A DNA stretch of 63,988 nt, filler included, from Stramenopiles sp. TOSAG23-6 (lineage: Eukaryota): the NCBI GenBank assembly GCA_900128565.1. It is 7 parts of 7 records of this genome, joined end to end, with 100 filler letters (N's around TTAATTAATTAA, not from the genome) between each part and the next. Parts side by side here need not be neighbours in the genome. Positions count along the whole stretch, not along the records: positions 56,039 to 63,988 come from LT636492.1; 6 more parts are not named here. One strand, 5' to 3'. Below the pieces are notes generated by a model, which was not told the origin of the DNA, ran no database searches, and saw nothing but the letters and a program-made list of their open reading frames with translations. Positions 61,630 to 63,988 of the stretch are shown here, in pieces. The position numbers were made by a program, and so were the translations under genes. Numbering within the stretch: position 1 is the first letter of the stretch; the number at the start of each line of letters is the position of its first letter.

Positions 61630-62394
61630 TTATTGCAAAATACAAATAGAATTTTGCTGTTGGTTTAGCTCACTAGAAGGGTTAGTGTTACAATTTTTTT
61701 TTTCCCACTCGATATCAGCTTCAAATGCTTGTAGAGATTTATTTACATCATTATTACATTCATCTAAATAAACTTTTGCTTCCTTTAAAGATAGTTTCCC
61801 ACCCGTTCGTTGAATGAGATCCATTTGTTTAGAATATTTTGGATTTTTCTCAGTTTTCGTTTTTTTTTGTTGTAGACGAAATAATGCCGGTAGAAAAATC
61901 TTTTTACCCACATATCCATGTAATTCAAAGTCAGCAGTAAAAAAGTTCATTTTCCGNAGTTTATTCTGAGAAATTGAATGTTGCAAAGCAATCCCAGTGA
62001 TAGTGTCCCCTTTTTTTACAACATACTCTACTTGATTATTTTGTTTTTCTGACTGTTCGAATTCCGTTTTTTTTAATAGCGGTTGATTGAGAACAGAATT
62101 TTCTTCAGAAGGAACTAAGGATATAGCTGCTACTTTTTCTTTAACATGAATAGGATCTCTAGAATCAATGTCAGATGTTTTTCTGTGAGTAAGACTATTG
62201 GGAGCCGCAGCACATATTAATTCGTTTTCAATTTGTTCGTTTAACTCTTTAGCTAATGAAGCAACCGATTCTGGACCTTCCCTAAAAGCCTTTTCAAAGT
62301 TGGGCTTCTCTAACGAGGATAAACGATGTGCTACAGGCTTAGTGGGGATCAAAACTCCATCTTTTGTCACGAACTGCTTCTTTGCGAGAATCAT
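61630..62394 (-). CDS. LysM-domain protein
   Basis: YVVKKGDTITGIALQHSIS...RKMN; EAKVYLDECNNDVNKSL...D..WE. Confidence 0.75.
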   Translation of the reverse strand: MILAKKQFVTKDGVLIPTKPVAHRLSSLEKPNFEKAFREGPESVASLAKELNEQIENELICAAAPNSLTHRKTSDIDSRDPIHVKEKVAAISLVPSEENSVLNQPLLKKTEFEQSEKQNNQVEYVVKKGDTITGIALQHSISQNKXRKMNFFTADFELHGYVGKKIFLPALFRLQQKKTKTEKNPKYSKQMDLIQRTGGKLSLKEAKVYLDECNNDVNKSLQAFEADIEWEKKNCNTNPSSELNQQQNSICILQ

Positions 62395-62595
62395 GAATTT
62401 ATTATTGTAATTTGAAAACTGGTAAATATCGACACAAAAAGGAATCCGTTCCTAACCGGTTTAACAAACAGAACACAATGTCATCACTGATGATTGATTT
62501 TTGGCGGTCAAAAGCCGAAAGAAAAATGTCAAAATAATAATTGATCTGAGATCGTCTCTTAAGTGTTCCTCTCTCACTTTTAAATTTACATAAAT

Positions 62596-63941
62596 ATGAT
62601 TTCAAGATTATTAAAGTTACATGGGAGTTCATTACCTCATGGTATTGGACAATACCTCAAACGGTACAATAGAATACAGAGATTTTCATCTAGCACTCCG
62701 ATTAAATATGACGTTGTCATAGTGGGGGGTGGCATCATGTACTTTACATTTACTGAATTATGAATATACATTTATCACATATTTCTTGAAATCTTTACAG
62801 TTGTAGCTCATATATATAAATATGTTATTGATATTCAATTATATGTAGGGGTTCTTCATCTGCCTATCATCTTCAAAAGTTAAATCCAAACCTTCGTATT
62901 TGTGTAGTGGAACGCGATCTGACATACACTTCTGCATCGACACCGTTGTCTGTTGGTTCAATTCGGCAACAATTTTCTATCGAGGGAAATATTTTAATGT
63001 CAATGTATGGGGCGCGGTTTCTAAAAGACATTCATAAACACCTTTCTGTGGAGGGCGAGGAAGACGCAGACTGCGGATTTGTGGAAGGCGGCTATTTATT
63101 CCTTGCAAGTGATACGGGTGGTTCAGTATTAAAAACCAATTATAAATTGCAGACAAGTCTTGGCGCTGATGTAGAAATATTTTCTCCTCAAGAACTGAAA
63201 AAAAAATTTGGTTGGCTAAACGTTACAGATTTAGACAGTGCTGTTCTTGGAGTTCGAAATGAAGGATGGTTTGATCCTTGGTTACTTCTTGGAGCATTTA
63301 AAAAAAAAGCTATATCTCTTGGCGTCGATTATATAGCAGGCAATGTAGTAGGATTTGATATGTCACCTGTCAAAAACACTTCAAAAAAAGTGATACATTG
63401 TGTAAATGTTGAAAGTACAAAAAGTGAAAATACTTCTAGTCCGAAACAGATGATGTTGGAGGCAAATCATGTAATCAATGCAGCAGGACCTTGGGCTGCT
63501 GATATCATGGCTTTGACAGATGTTCAAAATTTTCCAGTTCAACCACGTAAACGTATGGTTTTCGTGTTACATTGTCCAAAAGGCCCTTCATGTACGTTTT
63601 CATCATGAATTTCAATTTTTTTTTTTTTTTTTTTTTCATAGTAAATTNNNNNNNNNNNNNNNNNNNNNNNNNNNNNNNNNNNNNNNNNNNNNNNNNNNNN
63701 NNNTTTTTTTTTTTTTTTTTTGGTATGAAATTTTGTACCTAACGATTTTTTTAAAACCAAAAAAAAAAAAATCACAATACAGTAGACTGTCCCTTGATCG
63801 TTGATCCTACAGGTTTTTATATACGAAGGGAAGGCTCTCACGGAAACTTTATTTGTGGTAAATCGCCAGATACTAATGATCCGAATACCTTTAGTCATGA
63901 AGTTGAACATGAATTTTTTGAAGAGAATATTTGGCCAGAAT
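62596..63941 (+). CDS. FOXRED1: FAD-dependent oxidoreductase FOXRED1, 3' truncated; canonical intron 62739-62848, family introns 63592-63782 and from 63942
   Basis: YDVVIVGGGIM|GSS, VVERD.TY..AST.LSVG.IRQQFS, GYLFLA, EGWFDPW, INAAGPW, PRKR.VFV.HCP. Confidence 0.88.
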
Positions 63942-63946
63942 GTACG

Positions 63947-63979
<33 letters not shown>

Positions 63980-63988
63980 TTTTTTTTT

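Overview
AT-rich eukaryotic (protist-like, flagellated) nuclear DNA. The window is seven unlinked contigs of roughly 8-9.3 kb joined by an artificial N-TTAATTAATTAA-N linker. It carries about 35 genes or gene fragments, including SF3A1, a PITALRE CDK, a CaMK, syntaxin-5, peptide deformylase, FOXRED1, a WDR76-like gene, ciliary proteins, two U-box fusions and a bacterial-type C5 DNA methyltransferase. The main discovery is a high-copy family of ~85-190 nt sequence-similar inserts, with about 40 inside genes (always in sense orientation) and about 10 intergenic or degenerate copies. The consensus is GTAYGTTTT...TTTCGTACGAAATTTTGTACCTAAC...TTTTGAAATATTTTTC(C/A)(A/C)AATAC-NN. Removing them restores conserved protein motifs, so they behave as introns, yet they almost never end in AG. 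They mostly end in AT, and the last two bases usually duplicate the two exonic bases before the 5' splice site. The ends form short inverted repeats (GTA...TAC). This looks like an Introner-type element producing AG-independent, mostly GT-AT introns, alongside a few ordinary GT-AG introns. All splice boundaries are inferred from reading frames; none is confirmed by RNA data.
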